From: Lama glama
Lineage: Eukaryota
Direction: 5' to 3'
Length of the DNA: 64,000 nucleotides
NCBI GenBank assembly: GCA_028534125.1
Contig: CM052837.1
Span: 10,292,001-10,356,000, forward strand
Of the stretch, positions 12,451-25,885 are shown piece after piece. Positions within the stretch are counted from its first letter, which is position 1. Each line of letters opens with the position of its first letter. A program made the translations under genes and the position numbers. The notes beneath the pieces are model-generated. The model made no database searches, was not told the origin of the DNA, and saw only the letters and a list, made by a program, of their open reading frames with translations.

Positions 12451-14879
12451 AAGAAGGAATTATGCATAAGCTTCCATGTAGGAAAGTATTGTCTTTCTGC
12501 AGTAATGTCAGTAATATTACAGAACAGAAACATGCAGTCAGTCAAATCTTCTTGCCTCCCTGACTTTCTCCACCAACGCGACAACATGATAAAAATAAAG
12601 CAGATTATCCATGCTGAGGATGATAAACACAGTAAATTAGAAGCCTGAGGGTGTATAGTATGTGAAGAGGTGATTATTCTTATATGGATTGCTAAAGCAT
12701 CCTTACGGTGTCTTGTTTTCTCTTTTTCCATTCCTGGAAGGAGATCTTTCCTTAGCAGAAAATCATCCCTAATCTATGTTCTGAGTTGGTGTATATTAAC
12801 AGAACATTTTGCTGAACTTGGAAATTTTTTTCTGGAAGGATCTAGAGGAATTGAAACCATCTCCTGAGCTTTCACAATGTCTGAATAGCCTGTAAAGATT
12901 TTTTATCTCTATAGTGCAGATGGAGGACCAGGGAGACCCTAGTGATGGAGTGGTGAGACCCTGCCGGTAGGTGGTCCACAAGGATAAACTACGGAGGGGA
13001 CCAGGGAAGAAGCATAAATGAAGGAAACCACCTAGTCATGTATATCAGACCCTGGAGGGACTGATGAGCAACATAATGAGAAAAGGTCAGCTCTGTTTTT
13101 GACTAAGCTCCAGCCTCCGTATTTGTGATCATCTGATGGTGGCTTTGTTGTTAATGGCATTATCCCATGCCTTCTGTCCCTGGAATTTAGGGACAAAACC
13201 AAGGGGTTGTGTGAATCTTTAAAATCTTGGTAAATGCATGAGTAAAGCTAAATGTGACCCTTTCAGGCAGCAATGGAAAGAAAGTTTCAAAATAAAGCTT
13301 AAGGGTTTTGGTAAACTGAATGGGGGCCTGAGCTTGCAATGAGTTTCTTGTGGGGATGAGAACGATTGTAGACAAAGACATTCTTGTGTAAGAATTAGAG
13401 GGAGCTGATTTGGAGACCTAGGAAAGATGATAGTGGGTGACCTAGTTGCTCAGTATGTAATGTAAGGCGAAGACGAAAGTCAAGGAACTAGGAACAATGC
13501 AACTGATGTTAAAGATCATGAAGACAAAGTAGATGATAATGAGATAACGTGAAGAGAAAAGACTGCTGCAAATATGATCTGGGGTCCATGAGGATGGAGA
13601 TTTGGGGAAAGATGATAATTGATATTAAAATTATACAACTGAGAAAGTTCATGTGCATTATTTGGCATAATTCACTTAAGAAAAAGTGTTGTTGCTGCCC
13701 ATTTTCTGGGTGCCTACAGATAAGCCTTTAATGAATTGCTCCAAAAGCTTTCCAGATACAAAGTCTTGCAAGCTGGTGTCTCCTTATTCTCCAGATTTTA
13801 AAAAAGGAAAGTACTGAGAGTATTTAAGAAACTTTCTCTTCTAGTATGGAGGGTGCACAGCCATAACACATCTGGAGCTAACCGATAAGGAAAAACTTAC
13901 CTTCCCAGGTCTCCAGGACTGTTATTCTTACAAAGGACACCACTGGTGGACTGTGATAGAGAGAACGTCACACTGTCACATCGTCTAACTCCATCTGCTG
14001 TCCTTTAGTGAATGTCCAGATGGATCCCATTTCTGGTCCCCCAAAAGATGGGGCCAATCAATACGAAAAAGCTGTCTTTGATTATCCATGACAGTCACCC
14101 AAGGAGAGTCACAATTTTTTGGTTTCTACTCATCCTTCTTGTCAAGAGACTCAGTCTTATTTTTAACCATGAAATCTGCTTCTGAATTCATGAGCAATAA
14201 CAATGCCAATGGTCTGTTTTCTCTTGGGTTTGCTTCTTAGGGTGATAGGAAAGTCTAGTCTGAATAGTCTTTCCTATTCTTTTTCAGTGTCTTTCAGTCA
14301 GTTTCCTGAATAACTATCTTTCTAGAATTGTGGGACTTTAAAATGTCTCATATTTTTATGGCTTGAAGAGCACCTTCGATTCAGGAGTGGAATAAATAGC
14401 TTAAAATGGAATAGCACTCTGATGAGAAATGAGACCTACAAAAAATCATATTTGAGAACTTCCCCCTACATTCTCAAAGTGCTTATGCCATCTCTTTTTC
14501 ACAGGTTAAATTTGTCTGACCATCTCTATAACATTACTGGTACTAAAAAGGAACCCCTGTCAGATCCTAATTTATAAACGTTCACAGACTCACACACACA
14601 CAAACACACACACACTCATTGGCATAGGTCCATGCTGTTTGCATATTATATTTTGGTTTAACATATTTTTTCAAAGTTGAAAGATTCTGACCTAAGTATG
14701 AAGTCAAGATGGATCTAAGGAAAACACTGGTTTTCTCTTAAATTCAAATAGTCACTGGTTATGGCTAAAACTTTCTGCTGTCGGTTACTTACATTTTGCA
14801 TTTAAAAAATACACATTTCGTATTTTTGAATTTGCGAGGAAGAGAGCGATGGCTTTCTCAAATATCTCTTTACCCAATT

Positions 14880-15320
14880 CTTCAATAGTAAAGCTTCCAG
14901 TTTAGTGGGGAATGTGGCACTAGTAACAAGGATCCTTTTTCCAGCCTCCCTTGTGACTAGGTATGGTCACAGGACCACAATCTTGGCAATGGGATATAGA
15001 CAGAGGTAAGGCATCCAATTTCCGAGAAGTACACTGCATGTCTTCTGCAAACCTTCCTCTTTCCTTTAGGCAGCAGGGAGAGACTGGAGTGCCTGGAACC
15101 CCAACAGCCATCAGAGGCAATAAGAAAAGTTTGTGAACAGAAGCCACGCTCAAGAGGGTGGCAAGACAGCAGTCTGCTTGGGTCTCTTACGCCACAGAGA
15201 ATCATTTTAACCCTGGACTGACTGACTCGAATCAGACTTATTGAATGTGAGAGCAAAGTAAAATTTTATCTTATAGCCTGATTATTTTGGGGTTTTCTAT
15301 TGCTCATAGCCTATTCTATA
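14880..15320 (+). mobile_element. MaLR (MLT1-type) LTR
   Basis: CCAGCCTCCCTTGTGACTAGGTATGGTCACAGGACCACAATCTTGGCAATGGGATATAG. Confidence 0.65.
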
Positions 15321-15779
15321 TATTTAAAATCCTACTAATTAAGGATTCTAACAGATGTCATGTCCAACGAAGATCCAAGTAGCGATATGTATAATTGCAA
15401 TGGAAAATTTTCTTAAAAAATCATTAGGCAGTCAAGATCTTTTTACATGAAGCAAGACCAAAAGAAAATGAAGTTTTGTGCATAGTTATTTTAATCCTTT
15501 AAGATGTATTTTCTTTTTCAAGTTCTTCTTTAGTATTCCTTCGAATGAAACCGAACTTATGTAACCCAGCACTGGAAAAATCTGACTTCTAACTGCCAGC
15601 ATCTGTGATTTTTTTTTTTTTTTTTTTTTTTGCTGAGCACTTGATCTGGCAGCAGAACCTGCTCTTCCTGAGGATAGGGCAGGCTGGATGTGTTGGGGAA
15701 TTAACACACATCCTTCAGCTTAGGAGCAGCCCTGAACCCAAGACTGAAAAGAGACCACTTATAAATATCCCAGCACTTT

Positions 15780-16026
15780 GCTCAATCAAGTAGATTAACT
15801 CAAAGGCATTTATTTCCCACTGGTTCCCAGAGTTCCTCACTAGGATTAAGATCCAGTTATCCAGACCAGTTACTGGCCTGATTACACACCCTTTATTGGC
15901 TGCCTGCTTTTTTCTTGCCTCACTTTTCCTCTCTCCTACCATTGTTTTCTGGGTCCACATCCTCAGTAAACTATTGCTTGAGTCTTTATCTCAGGCTTTG
16001 CTTCTGGGGCACTGGAACCAAGACAT
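15780..16026 (+). mobile_element. LTR16-like ERVL LTR 3' fragment
   Basis: CCCAGAGTTCCTCACTAGGATTAAG...TATCTCAGGCTTTGCTTCTGGGG...CCAAGACA. Confidence 0.55.
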
Positions 16027-16269
16027 AATATTTACATAGTGTGTGAGTGGCAACAAAAACATTTATGGCCGGGGGAATGATAATAAACAATGATACGACG
16101 TGACTGCAGAATAAACCAAGAGTATCTTTCCTCTCTCTTTCACTTTTAATCCTCGATGGTAGAATAGAACAAGGCTTTAAAACACCCCTGAAAGAACTGG
16201 CTTGTGAATAACATAATTGGAAAATACAATCCTAAACACTGGAAAAGTATGTTCCCACATCCTTTCAAT

Positions 16270-17290
16270 AATTAAGATGGATTGGCTCCAAGTTGAAAGA
16301 AAACTACATTAATTTCTTCAGGAAGAGTGTAAACAGAAATTATCAAGCTTATCACTTCCCCCTAGTATCTACAAAGTGCACAGATACAGAGCAGTTAATT
16401 AAACATATTCATAGAGTAAAAGTATGGCAGAAGAAGAATTGTAGTAAAGTTAGCAGATCAGTTGATCAAACACACTATTAGGGATGGAAAGGCAAACCAT
16501 AGAGTTGGAGATGATATTAGCAATGCATATCTCAAAGGACTCCAAACCAGAGCATGTAAAGAATTATAAATAAATTACAAAAGCGCAAGCCCATAGGAAA
16601 AAAAAATGCTCAAATCTACTTCACATGATTCTATCTAAAAGACCAATAAACACAAGACAATGTGCTCAACTTCATTAGCCATCAGAGCAATGCAAATTAA
16701 AACTGAAAGCAACACCATATCTCCTAACTAGATTGGTTTAAAGTAAAGAGACAATGCCAAGTGTTGGCAAAGATATGGAGTAGTTGGGACTCTCATATAC
16801 TGCAGTTGGAAGGATAAATTGGTACAACCATTTTGGAAGAATTCTCTGGCAATATTTACTAAAGCTCAACATATATTTTCCCTATGAGGCAGCAACTCCA
16901 CTCCTGGTAGATATATGAAGGGCACACACATTTTCACCAACAGACATGAATCAAAACATACACAGCAACCACATTGACAATAACCCAAGACTTGGAGCAA
17001 CCCAGATGTTCATCGACAGAAGCATGAAAACGTAAATTGTGGAATAGTCAATGAATATACTCAATTCAGCGATGCAAATGAATGAAATAAACTGCATATG
17101 GAACATATACAACTCCCACAGAAATATTTGGGTGAAAGAGGCCACATACCAAAGAGTACGGACTGGGTGATTCCAATACATATTGTTCAAAAACAAGCAA
17201 AACTACTGCATGCTGTTAGAAGTCAGGGTGGTAATTATTATTGGGAGACACCTTGAATTTAAGGGAGCCAGAGGGAGCTTCTGAGGCGCT
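16270..17290 (+). mobile_element. old L1 (L1ME-like) ORF2 end and 3' UTR
   Basis: TGCTCAACTTCATTAGCCATCAGAGCAATGCAAATTAAAAC...GGTACAACCATTTTGGAAG...GCTGTTAGAAGTCAGGGTGG. It resumes at ~17860-17950. Confidence 0.8.
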
Positions 17291-17294
17291 TGCT

Positions 17295-17860
17295 GTCTCA
17301 GCCATCCCATGATTATCTGCTAGCTTGGGGGTTCACTGGAAGGACTAACACACCACACAACATAAAGTTTTAGTCACAGCTAAGATTTATTACCACAAAG
17401 GATACTGGGCAGGAATAGCAGGAAAAAAAAGATGCATATAAAGCAAAGGCTAGAGAGGTGGAAAACAGGCTTTCTTGTCCTCCCTGTGCTGAGAATGCAT
17501 GGACCCATCTTCTCCAGCTGTGACGTATAGGAATGGGTGTGAGATGGCCACGCTCAGGAAAGTTGGCTTGCGTCTTGGGGTCCAAAGTTCCTAAATGGAA
17601 GTGGTTATGTCCCAGCCACAGTGTGAACTCCAAACCAGGCCCTGGGTACATATCATCAAACTTGATGTTTACTTTAACATGCTGGCAGTGTGGTTCATCT
17701 TGACCCACTACTTTGAGTGTGTAGACCAGTATCTTTACCCAGCCACGATGTGAATATTCCAGTAGTTTAGTTCTCAGCGTTGACCAAGGGTCATTACCAT
17801 GGCTACAGATTTAAACAAGAACTAAGTAAAACAGACCTGCTTCCTTAACTCCCTCGGCTC
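17295..17860 (-). mobile_element. MER21/MER77-like LTR nested in the L1
   Basis: TCACTGGAAGGACT...GTCACAGCTAAGATTTATTAC...GTCTTGGGGTCCAAAG. Confidence 0.55.
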
Positions 17861-19039
17861 CCTGGTAATATTATTCTTGCTCTGAGGATTGATTAGATGG
17901 GTAGGTTTAGGGTGCACTTGTGTATGCATATCATACTTCAAACATTTTTAAAGATTAGTTAGGTAGCAATCCAGAGCCATCAATTAGAGCTCATTTGAGA
18001 AAATAAATACTTCTCCCCACGTTCTTGTAAGATTACTGAAACCCTGGGAAGTGATCAAAATAACATTAGACCCCCAGCAGGGAGTATAAAAAAACAGGGG
18101 TAAGTCTAAATCTAAGTAGATGTCAAGAGAATGAGCAAGTGAATTCAATTTATGATGATGAGTTTCAGGGCACATTAAGTAGGTAGGTAGCAGTAATTTT
18201 GTAAAAAGTTTTGTATTTGGATGTTCAGGTTGTTCTTTAATGTGTTTGAAGTGATCACATAACCGAATTCAAACAAATTTGTAATTCAGATACAATTTGT
18301 ATGGGAATTGAACTGCTTACACAGTGTATGTTCAAAGTTACCCAAAACTGGTTTTCAAATGTTTAGCTATTGTGTTTTTTATTTTTAAAATTGAGCATTA
18401 AAATATATGTGCAATAAATATTTTAATAGACCTGAGTTGTGGTTCCATTTTCTATTTATTAATTATATGACTTCAGGCAAGCCCTTGAATTTTCAGCTTT
18501 CTTACCTATGCAATAAAAGGGGTCAATAGCTTAAACAATAGGGTCTATGAGGTACTTCTAGAGGCACAAGTTCATGTTTTAGTAAGTCACTGCTTTAGTG
18601 CTGACATTGATTAATCCACCCAATGCTTTGTCATTCTACTAGGAACAAAGCACTAGGCTAAGTGATGTGGGCAAAGCAAATGCTAGAAAGCACAAGATTG
18701 CTGTCTTTCAAGGAGCTCGGTTTGATGAGCAGGGACACAACAAAATTCATAACAGAGTGAGACTGGGGAATCAGGGTAGCACTTGAAAAGGAAACTCAGG
18801 AACCAATAGAATTTCAATAGGTAAGTTAATGTCAGGGGAACACTTAAGCAAAGACTCCCACCATAAAAATGCTCAGCTGAGGATTAAGAAATGCACATGG
18901 AGGAATGAGGCAGGAAAGACCGGTACTAAATCATGAAAAGCCTTAACTTCCATGAAATGGAATTTGTAGGCCACGAGGACCTAAGGAGACTTTTAAGATG
19001 AGAGAGAACTCAATTAGCTCAATCTGGTTTTAGATTCAC

Positions 19040-19483
19040 GTCTCCCAAAGGTCCCAGGTTGGGTTCCCCAAAAGCAGACTCTTAGAATTTAGTGTTTGGG
19101 GTGTATTAAGAAGTGCCTTGGGACACAATCCCTGTGGACAGAGGGGAGAGAAGCAAGGGTGGGCAGTGGGAGAAGGTGAGAGTGATGCAGACCTACCGAC
19201 AGCCTTGGCCAACCCCATAGGGAGCTCTGGCTACCGCGTGGCCCTTCAGAGTTGTACCATGTTGGACCAAGGTGAGCAGCCTTGCTATCCCTGCATCGAT
19301 CTGTCACTGCCTGTGGGCTGCCCCAGGAAGGGCTGTCACCTGGTCCAGGGCAGCTCTGTCTGGCTAAGGCAGCCCCTAATGGTGCTGAGAACTGACGGCC
19401 ACCTACCAATCACACTTCCAAGGGCTGGGCAACAAGTTCCTTCTTGAAGGCGGGGCTGGGTGGCACATGACACCATCCACCAC
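19040..19483 (-). mobile_element. ERVL LTR (LTR33/LTR16C-like)
   Basis: GGGTTCCCCAAAAGCAGACTC...GCCAACCCCATAGGGAGCTCTGG...CATCCACCACA; reverse-complement relative of the element at 27.4 kb. Confidence 0.7.
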
Positions 19484-19919
19484 ATCAAATTCGTGCCTTA
19501 GCATCACTAGGGACCCTCAGAGACCCACATTTCACTCTGAATTAGTAGACACAGAATTAAGCCGGGTGCCTTTATTGTAAGCAAACTTCCTAGATGATTC
19601 TTATGTGCAGAAGTTTGATAATTACTCTTCTAGATATTTATTCAAAACCTTTGAGTAAAGATTCTGGGCTAAGCCTCTGTCCTTTGCTTGTAGGACATCC
19701 CTGCAGCTTCAAAGTTCCTTCCTTTGATACTCACAACAACTCCATGAGAAAAGCAGAAGTGACATCTCTATTATGCAGATAAAGAAACCTGCTTAGGAAG
19801 CATAAATTACATGCCCAAAGTCGTATAGCAGCTAAGCATTACCCAGGCTCAAACTTGCCCATCCCTGCTCTAAGTGTCTCTCTCTCTCTCTTCTACATTT
19901 AAAATTTACTACTGTAAAT

Positions 19920-20060
19920 ATGCAAACAAATATATATGTGTATACACATAGCTGGGACATTATGCTGCACACCAGAAACTGACACATTGTAACTGACTGT
20001 ATTTCAATAAAACATAAAATAAAATAAAATAAAATAAAATAAAATAAAATAAAATAAAAT
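19920..20060 (+). mobile_element. very short L1 3' end with (AAAAT)n tail and 19-bp TSD
   Basis: ACATTATGCTGCACACCAGAAACTGACACATTGTAACTGACTG followed by an AAAAT array. TSD AAAATTTA(C/T)TACTGTAAAT at 19901-19919 and 20061-20079. Confidence 0.85.
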
Positions 20061-22345
20061 AAAATTTATTACTGTAAATGTCATTGTTCTTAAAGTGACA
20101 TAAATGTCCTTATCATCCTTCAAAACTTCTCTAATGTTGTATTAGTGACCCTTGTTATAAAAATAAAAGTTCAGTCAAACTAAAGGTTCTAAAATGAACC
20201 CAAAAATGTGGAGAATTTCTTGAATAATTTTGTTCTTTAATCATGGTGAAATGATTCACTGCAGTAAATGGACTTTTCATTTATTCAGTCGTTCAAACTT
20301 CTATTCGCATCTGCATGATTACAGAAAACATTGGGTATGTAGGCTAGAAATACATAAGAAAATTGCAGTAGGATGGTCATGAAACCCCGTATTCATCTTA
20401 ACATGTTTCCAATGGAAAATATTTTGTTTTGAGTGTTTGTTTATTGTCAGTTTATTACTTTTCACTTGATTGAATTTTTTGTTGCTGTGTTAAACCATAT
20501 GTGTTGCAGCTTAACAATAAAAAAAAAAGTCTATGAAAAAAAAATCTGTTATGATAGTAATAGATTTCCCACTACATTCTATCTGGCATAAGTGGTCACA
20601 AGGTGCTGGTTTTGATCTTGGCAATAGTTTTGCTTAAACTCAAAATACCAGATAGTAAAAAGAAACTGCAGCTATCTCTCATCTGTGTTCTCTAAATAAA
20701 TCCCTCCTAGGTCTTTACAAGACAGAGTTTCTGGGTTTTCCAGAAAAAAAAGGGGATCCTGTTAAACTCCCTTCCAAGAGGCAACTGAGGCGTTAGGTGG
20801 CATCAGTGGGTTGTGTTTTAAACGAAAAAGCATGTTAAAATGAGGATGAGGTGGGTTTAATGGGCAAAGAAACTGTTTTGTTTGTTTTTTTTGGTGTAAG
20901 CACATAGTGTCTTCTTCAAATCTCTGATCAGCTCCCTGATCCTGCCTAAACCAGTAGGTCTGTGTGAAGCAAAGAGAGGTGGCCAGTAATCCCTCCAAAA
21001 GAATCTCTGTTGCTCTCTACATTGACAGCTTTGCTAAGTGACAAGTGCGTCGCAACCTTTCATCACCTGGGCACGGCTCAGGGACCATGACTAGGTTGCT
21101 ATAGATGCCACTAGTAAATGAGGTTGCACTTTTTTTTTCCCATCCTTCAATCTCAATATTAAATAATGGCTTAGAAATCCACTAAGGGGTAGCTTTTCCA
21201 TAGTAGTGTTGATGATAATATTTTCCTTCTTACAGAAAAAAAAAAAAACCTGGCATTGATGTTCATCAGCACGCTGGGATTTCAGCAGGCTGGAAGCAAT
21301 TACACACACTTGCATGTGAGTGACTTAGGCCTTCATGGCTTAGCTGGCACGCCTTGTACTTTCTGAGTACCTATAACATACAAGCAGCGAAAATATTTTA
21401 ATCTTCCAAATTCTGGCATCTCATTCAGAATTCTTAAACTTGTTCTGGAGTGAAGTTCAACTTAAATCATTCGAGGAGATTTCATACAAATTTCACTGAA
21501 ATCCATGGCCTTAAAGGTACATGGGTTTCCCTTTTAGAAAGAGGCCAGAACTCACTAAATTGGATAAAGTAATTTAGTGTTGCTTAAGGCCACTGTCACT
21601 TACAGTCCAATTTTACAGAACTTCAGCGATACTCTTTCACCGATAGAAATCCTTCGTTTCTCCACCGACTTCAAATGCCGCTGTTCTCATAAATGAAATT
21701 CCCATGTAGATTTGGGTTTATTTCTGTACTCTTCTGCTCTATTGATGTCTATTTCATGTGTCAATATCAAAATGTTTAATTTCAATTTTCTTCAGGCCAG
21801 GAAAAATAAAAAGGCCTCTCTGAGTACCTGTCTGTCAATGGAGACTCCTCCATCCTCGTGGAAACTGTTTGCTTTCTTCAGTCCACTCCTGGTTTTCCTC
21901 CTGTCATCTGTCTAGCAGCTCTTCTTCCTCTGGAATCACCTTTTCGTCCATTCACTCCTTTCCTATTGGCCATTCACCTGCATTTCATGGTTTGACCATT
22001 CTCACTCAACATAGTTTTCTCAACTGTATCTCCATGTTTTCAGCTGACACCCAAACTGGTATGCCTTCCACACTTCCTGGCTGAGCCTCAGATTTATTCT
22101 TACTAACTACTTGACATCTCTGAGTCCTGCTGGGTTCCCAGGCCCTTCAATCTCAGCACATTAAAGAAGCTAAGCCATGCATCTTCTACTCCAAACCCAT
22201 TCTTTCTCTTTCATTAACTACCTCTGCCAACAGCATCATCATCCATGAAGTTATTCCAGTCAATTGCCCAGAAACCAATTCAATTACTGGTTACCTTTAT
22301 CAGTTACATCCATTTAGATCCAACATACTTCTTATTCTACTTTTT

Positions 22346-22550
22346 ATTTTTTATATCTGTTTTTTTTATTGAAGTATAGTCAGTTACCATGTGTCAATTT
22401 CTGGTGTGCAGAATAATGTCTCACTCATGCATATATATACATATATTCATTTTCATATTCTTTTTCATTAAAGGTTATTACAAGATATTGAAGATAGTTC
22501 CCTGTGCTATACAGGAAAAATTTTATGTATTTTTATATGTAGTGGTTAAC
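22346..22550 (-). mobile_element. L1 3' end fragment
   Basis: TTTTATTGAAGTATAGTCAGTTACCATGTGTCAATTTCTGGTG...CCCTGTGCTATACAG. Confidence 0.85.
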
Positions 22551-23225
22551 CTGATTCTACTTTTTTTTTAGTGAAATCAAAACAAATACTGATTCTACTT
22601 TTTAAATGTCTTTTGAATCTATTTCCTTCTTCCCTCCCTACTTCAGCTGCCATATTTGAGTCTCTGATTATTCTTCTCAGAGGCTGCACCCACTTACCTA
22701 GAGTCTTGCCTGCTTCAGTGCAATAGTACGTTAAAGATGTCTCCATGTCTCCACAACCTTCATGATGAAATCTAAGTGCCCAGCCGTGGCGTCCAAGGCC
22801 CTCCACCATCCAGACCTTTGCTCTCTCTCCAGATACGTTGGCCCTGCCCTGCTGTATTGAACACTTGCCTTTCCTGAATGCCTTCTCACGTCAGTGCGCC
22901 TTATAAATTCTGCTGCCTCCACTTGGGACAGTCTTTCTCGTCCCCAAATCCTGCCTTAACTCACCTGACCTACCTTCATTGACCTCAAGATTCATTTTAA
23001 GGGTTATTTCATTTTGTAAGCACTTCCTCATGACCTCTCCGACGGCAGTTAGATGAGGCGTCCTTCGTCTTTGCTATTAAAATGCCTATGAGCAACCCAA
23101 TTCTGGCATATCGTTTATAACACTGATATTTTATTAACCTTCTTAAAATAGACTTTTTGATCTTCTGGAAGATAAGGGTTCATTTTAGGGTCTTCAGTGC
23201 CTAGCTTAGTGCTTGACATATAGGA

Positions 23226-23411
23226 CTGTGCTTCCCAACATGAGAGCCATTGCTACATGTGGCAATTTAGACTTAAATTATTTAAAATTAAAAATTCAGC
23301 TTCTCAGTCACACTATCCATATTTCAAGTGCCTAGAATGGCTGGTGGCTACTGTATTGGACAACATAGATATAGAAAATTTCTATCAACACAGAAGGTTC
23401 TGTTAGCCCTG
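23226..23411. mobile_element. MER3/MER33-like hAT-Charlie DNA transposon
   Basis: GCCATTGCTACATGTGGC...TCAGTCACACTATCCATATTTCAAGTG...GGCTACTGTATTGGACAAC. Confidence 0.7.
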
Positions 23412-23449
23412 GTATAGGAAGCGTTTAGTAAATGTTGGTAAGAATATAT

Positions 23450-23863
23450 ATTTTTCATTGAAAATTTTTATTGAAGCAGTTGTAGAGTCACATGTAGTTA
23501 TAAGAATAATACAGAAATATATCTACCTTTTATCCAGTTTTCCTCAACATCTTGTAAAACTATAGTACAAGATCTCAACCAGTATTGACATTGATGTGAT
23601 TCACTGAGCTTATTCAGATATCCTTGGATTTACTTGTACTCATTTCTGTGTGTGTGTGTGTGTGTGTGCATGTGTGTGTGTATTTAGTTCTATATAATTA
23701 AATTATCTGTAGAGGTTTTTGCATTCACCACCACAGTCAAGATACAGACACCTTCATGACCAGAAGAATCCTTCTTGTTGCCTTTTCATTCATTTGTTGG
23801 TGGATCTTTGGGTTGCTTCCACCCTTTGACTAAAGAGCACTGCTGTGATTACTGGTGTAAAAT
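23450..23863 (-). mobile_element. old L1 (L1MC/MD-like) 3' region with a (TG)n tract, followed by the N gap 23864-24045
   Basis: GTTGTAGAGTCACATGTAGTTATAAGAAATAATACAG...ACCACCACAGTCAAGATACAGA. Confidence 0.7.
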
Positions 23864-24279
23864 NNNNNNNNNNNNNNNNNNNNNNNNNNNNNNNNNNNNN
23901 NNNNNNNNNNNNNNNNNNNNNNNNNNNNNNNNNNNNNNNNNNNNNNNNNNNNNNNNNNNNNNNNNNNNNNNNNNNNNNNNNNNNNNNNNNNNNNNNNNNN
24001 NNNNNNNNNNNNNNNNNNNNNNNNNNNNNNNNNNNNNNNNNNNNNCAACACATCAATATATGAAAGAACAGAATAATATATATATTCCATATATCTTCCT
24101 ATAGAGATATATAGAGAGATAAAATAATAAGGTTATAATAAGATAAATTGAAAAATATTTTTATATATGGCTGCTACCACATTTGTTAATTTAAAATTAA
24201 ACTATATTTAATATCATTAAAATTAAATTAAAAAATAAGAGGAAAATAAGCTAAAGTATTTCTGTAGAATTTTTGAAAC

Positions 24280-24517
24280 TTAAAAAAAATTGTTTTTTTC
24301 ACAAGAGAGTTAAGCTTGTAAAATGATTCCTTAAAGATAAGAAAAATAAACTGAAAAAGCATGATGAAATTGGAGGTGGTTTTTTGGTTTTATACATTTA
24401 AAAAAATTGTTTTTTTCACAAGAGAGATAAGCTTGTAAAATGATTCCTTAAAGATAAGAAAAATAAACTGAAAAAGCATGATGAAATTGGAGGTGGTTTT
24501 TTGGTTTTATACATTTA
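24280..24517. repeat. tandem duplication, period 117 bp, 2 copies
   Basis: ACAAGAGAG at 24301 and 24418. The copies differ at one internal base (GAGAGTTAAG vs GAGAGATAAG). Confidence 0.95.
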
Positions 24518-25239
24518 TATTTTTATACACATATAAATATATATATATATATATATCTACATACACACTTACATATCTCCTATGTATATCAGGCATATAT
24601 ATTCTTCACCATTAGTAACATCCATTGACCACTTGCTGAGGAAAATGAGGACACACAGTTTTTAGTCTCAGATTTATTTAAAAATAGATATGATTATCAT
24701 TGTCACATTTGATCATGGCTTCACCCTTCTTGAGATTTGTTTTTTAAATTGACCTCTTTGTTGGGCAAATTTCATGATGAAGTATATATTTTTTTAAGTC
24801 TATGTCTGCTATATATGCTGATATGTTGTATGTTTGGGAACAACTGACTGCTACCTTGAAAACTCGAAGAACAGCATGATTAGGCAAAACAAACGTTCCT
24901 GGGTCACTGTTTCTTTTCCTCGGCACACTCCCTCAGGCGTTGTACAACGCTGTGAAACAATCTAAATGCAGCCTGGTTTTCCTTTTCTTGTATGTAAATT
25001 TCTTTTACTGCCTGGATGCACCAAAGATTATTTGCCTTTGAAATTTGATAACTTCACCACAGTATATTCCAACTGTGTTTTTTTTTGTTGTTGTTGTTGT
25101 TGTTCACCAGATTTAAGACTCTTTATTTCAGGAAATTAACTTCTATTATATCTTTAATAAAATTTTCTATTTTTTATTCCATTTTATTCTGTTTTTTTTT
25201 TTAACAGCAAAGGTTGTAGAAAGTGGTACCCTGATAAAT

Positions 25240-25410
25240 GAAAACAAACAAACAAAAACCTCTGATGTGTAGTGTCTGTCAATTATACGGGGTAAATACT
25301 CCTACAATAATTAATTTCAAACTACTGATGTGATGTTACTGAAAATGGAGTTAGGAACAGGTACGGCTAATCGGCTCTTGCAGCCTGGCATAAGCCTACA
25401 TACACACGTG
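25240..25410 (-). mobile_element. MER63-like hAT DNA transposon
   Basis: GTAAATACTCCTAC...TTTCAAACTACTGATGTGATGTTACTGAA...AATCGGCTCTTGC. Confidence 0.6.
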
Positions 25411-25885
25411 TGTTGCATCTCTTTTGTTTGACTTCTATATAATTTTTATACAGTTAATTTTACACTCTTTTTTGTTGTTATTTGTTTTTATAGTTAATTA
25501 CTGGCCATCTATCACTGGGTTTCAGTTGTGTTTAGTCTTATTCCCTATTTTTGAATCTGTTAAATGATTTAGTAAACTTCCTCCTACATCCCTCGCCTTT
25601 CCAGGTTCCCTGTCATTTTGGTCATATTGTCTACCCTTGTTTTTCTTAAATTTTTTTTTTTTTTAGCTTAGAGCATATTATCTTTCACTACTTTAGAACT
25701 TTGGGGAAATATTTGTCTGGACTTTTGTTCTTCTTCAGATGCATTTTCTTCTTATGCTTTTTGTTATGTTCCTTGAAACATTCATTTCCATCCCCTGTTC
25801 TTCCCTCCCCCATTATCTAAGCAAATGTCTGGTTCCTTTGCAAAATCCATACTGGTTCTTTTATTATTGTGATTCATTTTGAGAG

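Larger units (their letters stand above)
21900..23440 (+). mobile_element. L2 LINE remnant interrupted by an L1 tail and a MER3-like element
   Basis: L2-type text (GCTGACACCCAAACT; CAGTGCCTAGCTTAGTGCTTGACATATAGG...TAGTAAATGTTGG). Confidence 0.65.

Noticed and set aside
13890-13905. Minus-strand consensus donor AAG|GTAAGT (possible antisense lncRNA exon)
   Set aside because: An isolated 9-mer is not informative, and there is no supported partner acceptor or transcript evidence.
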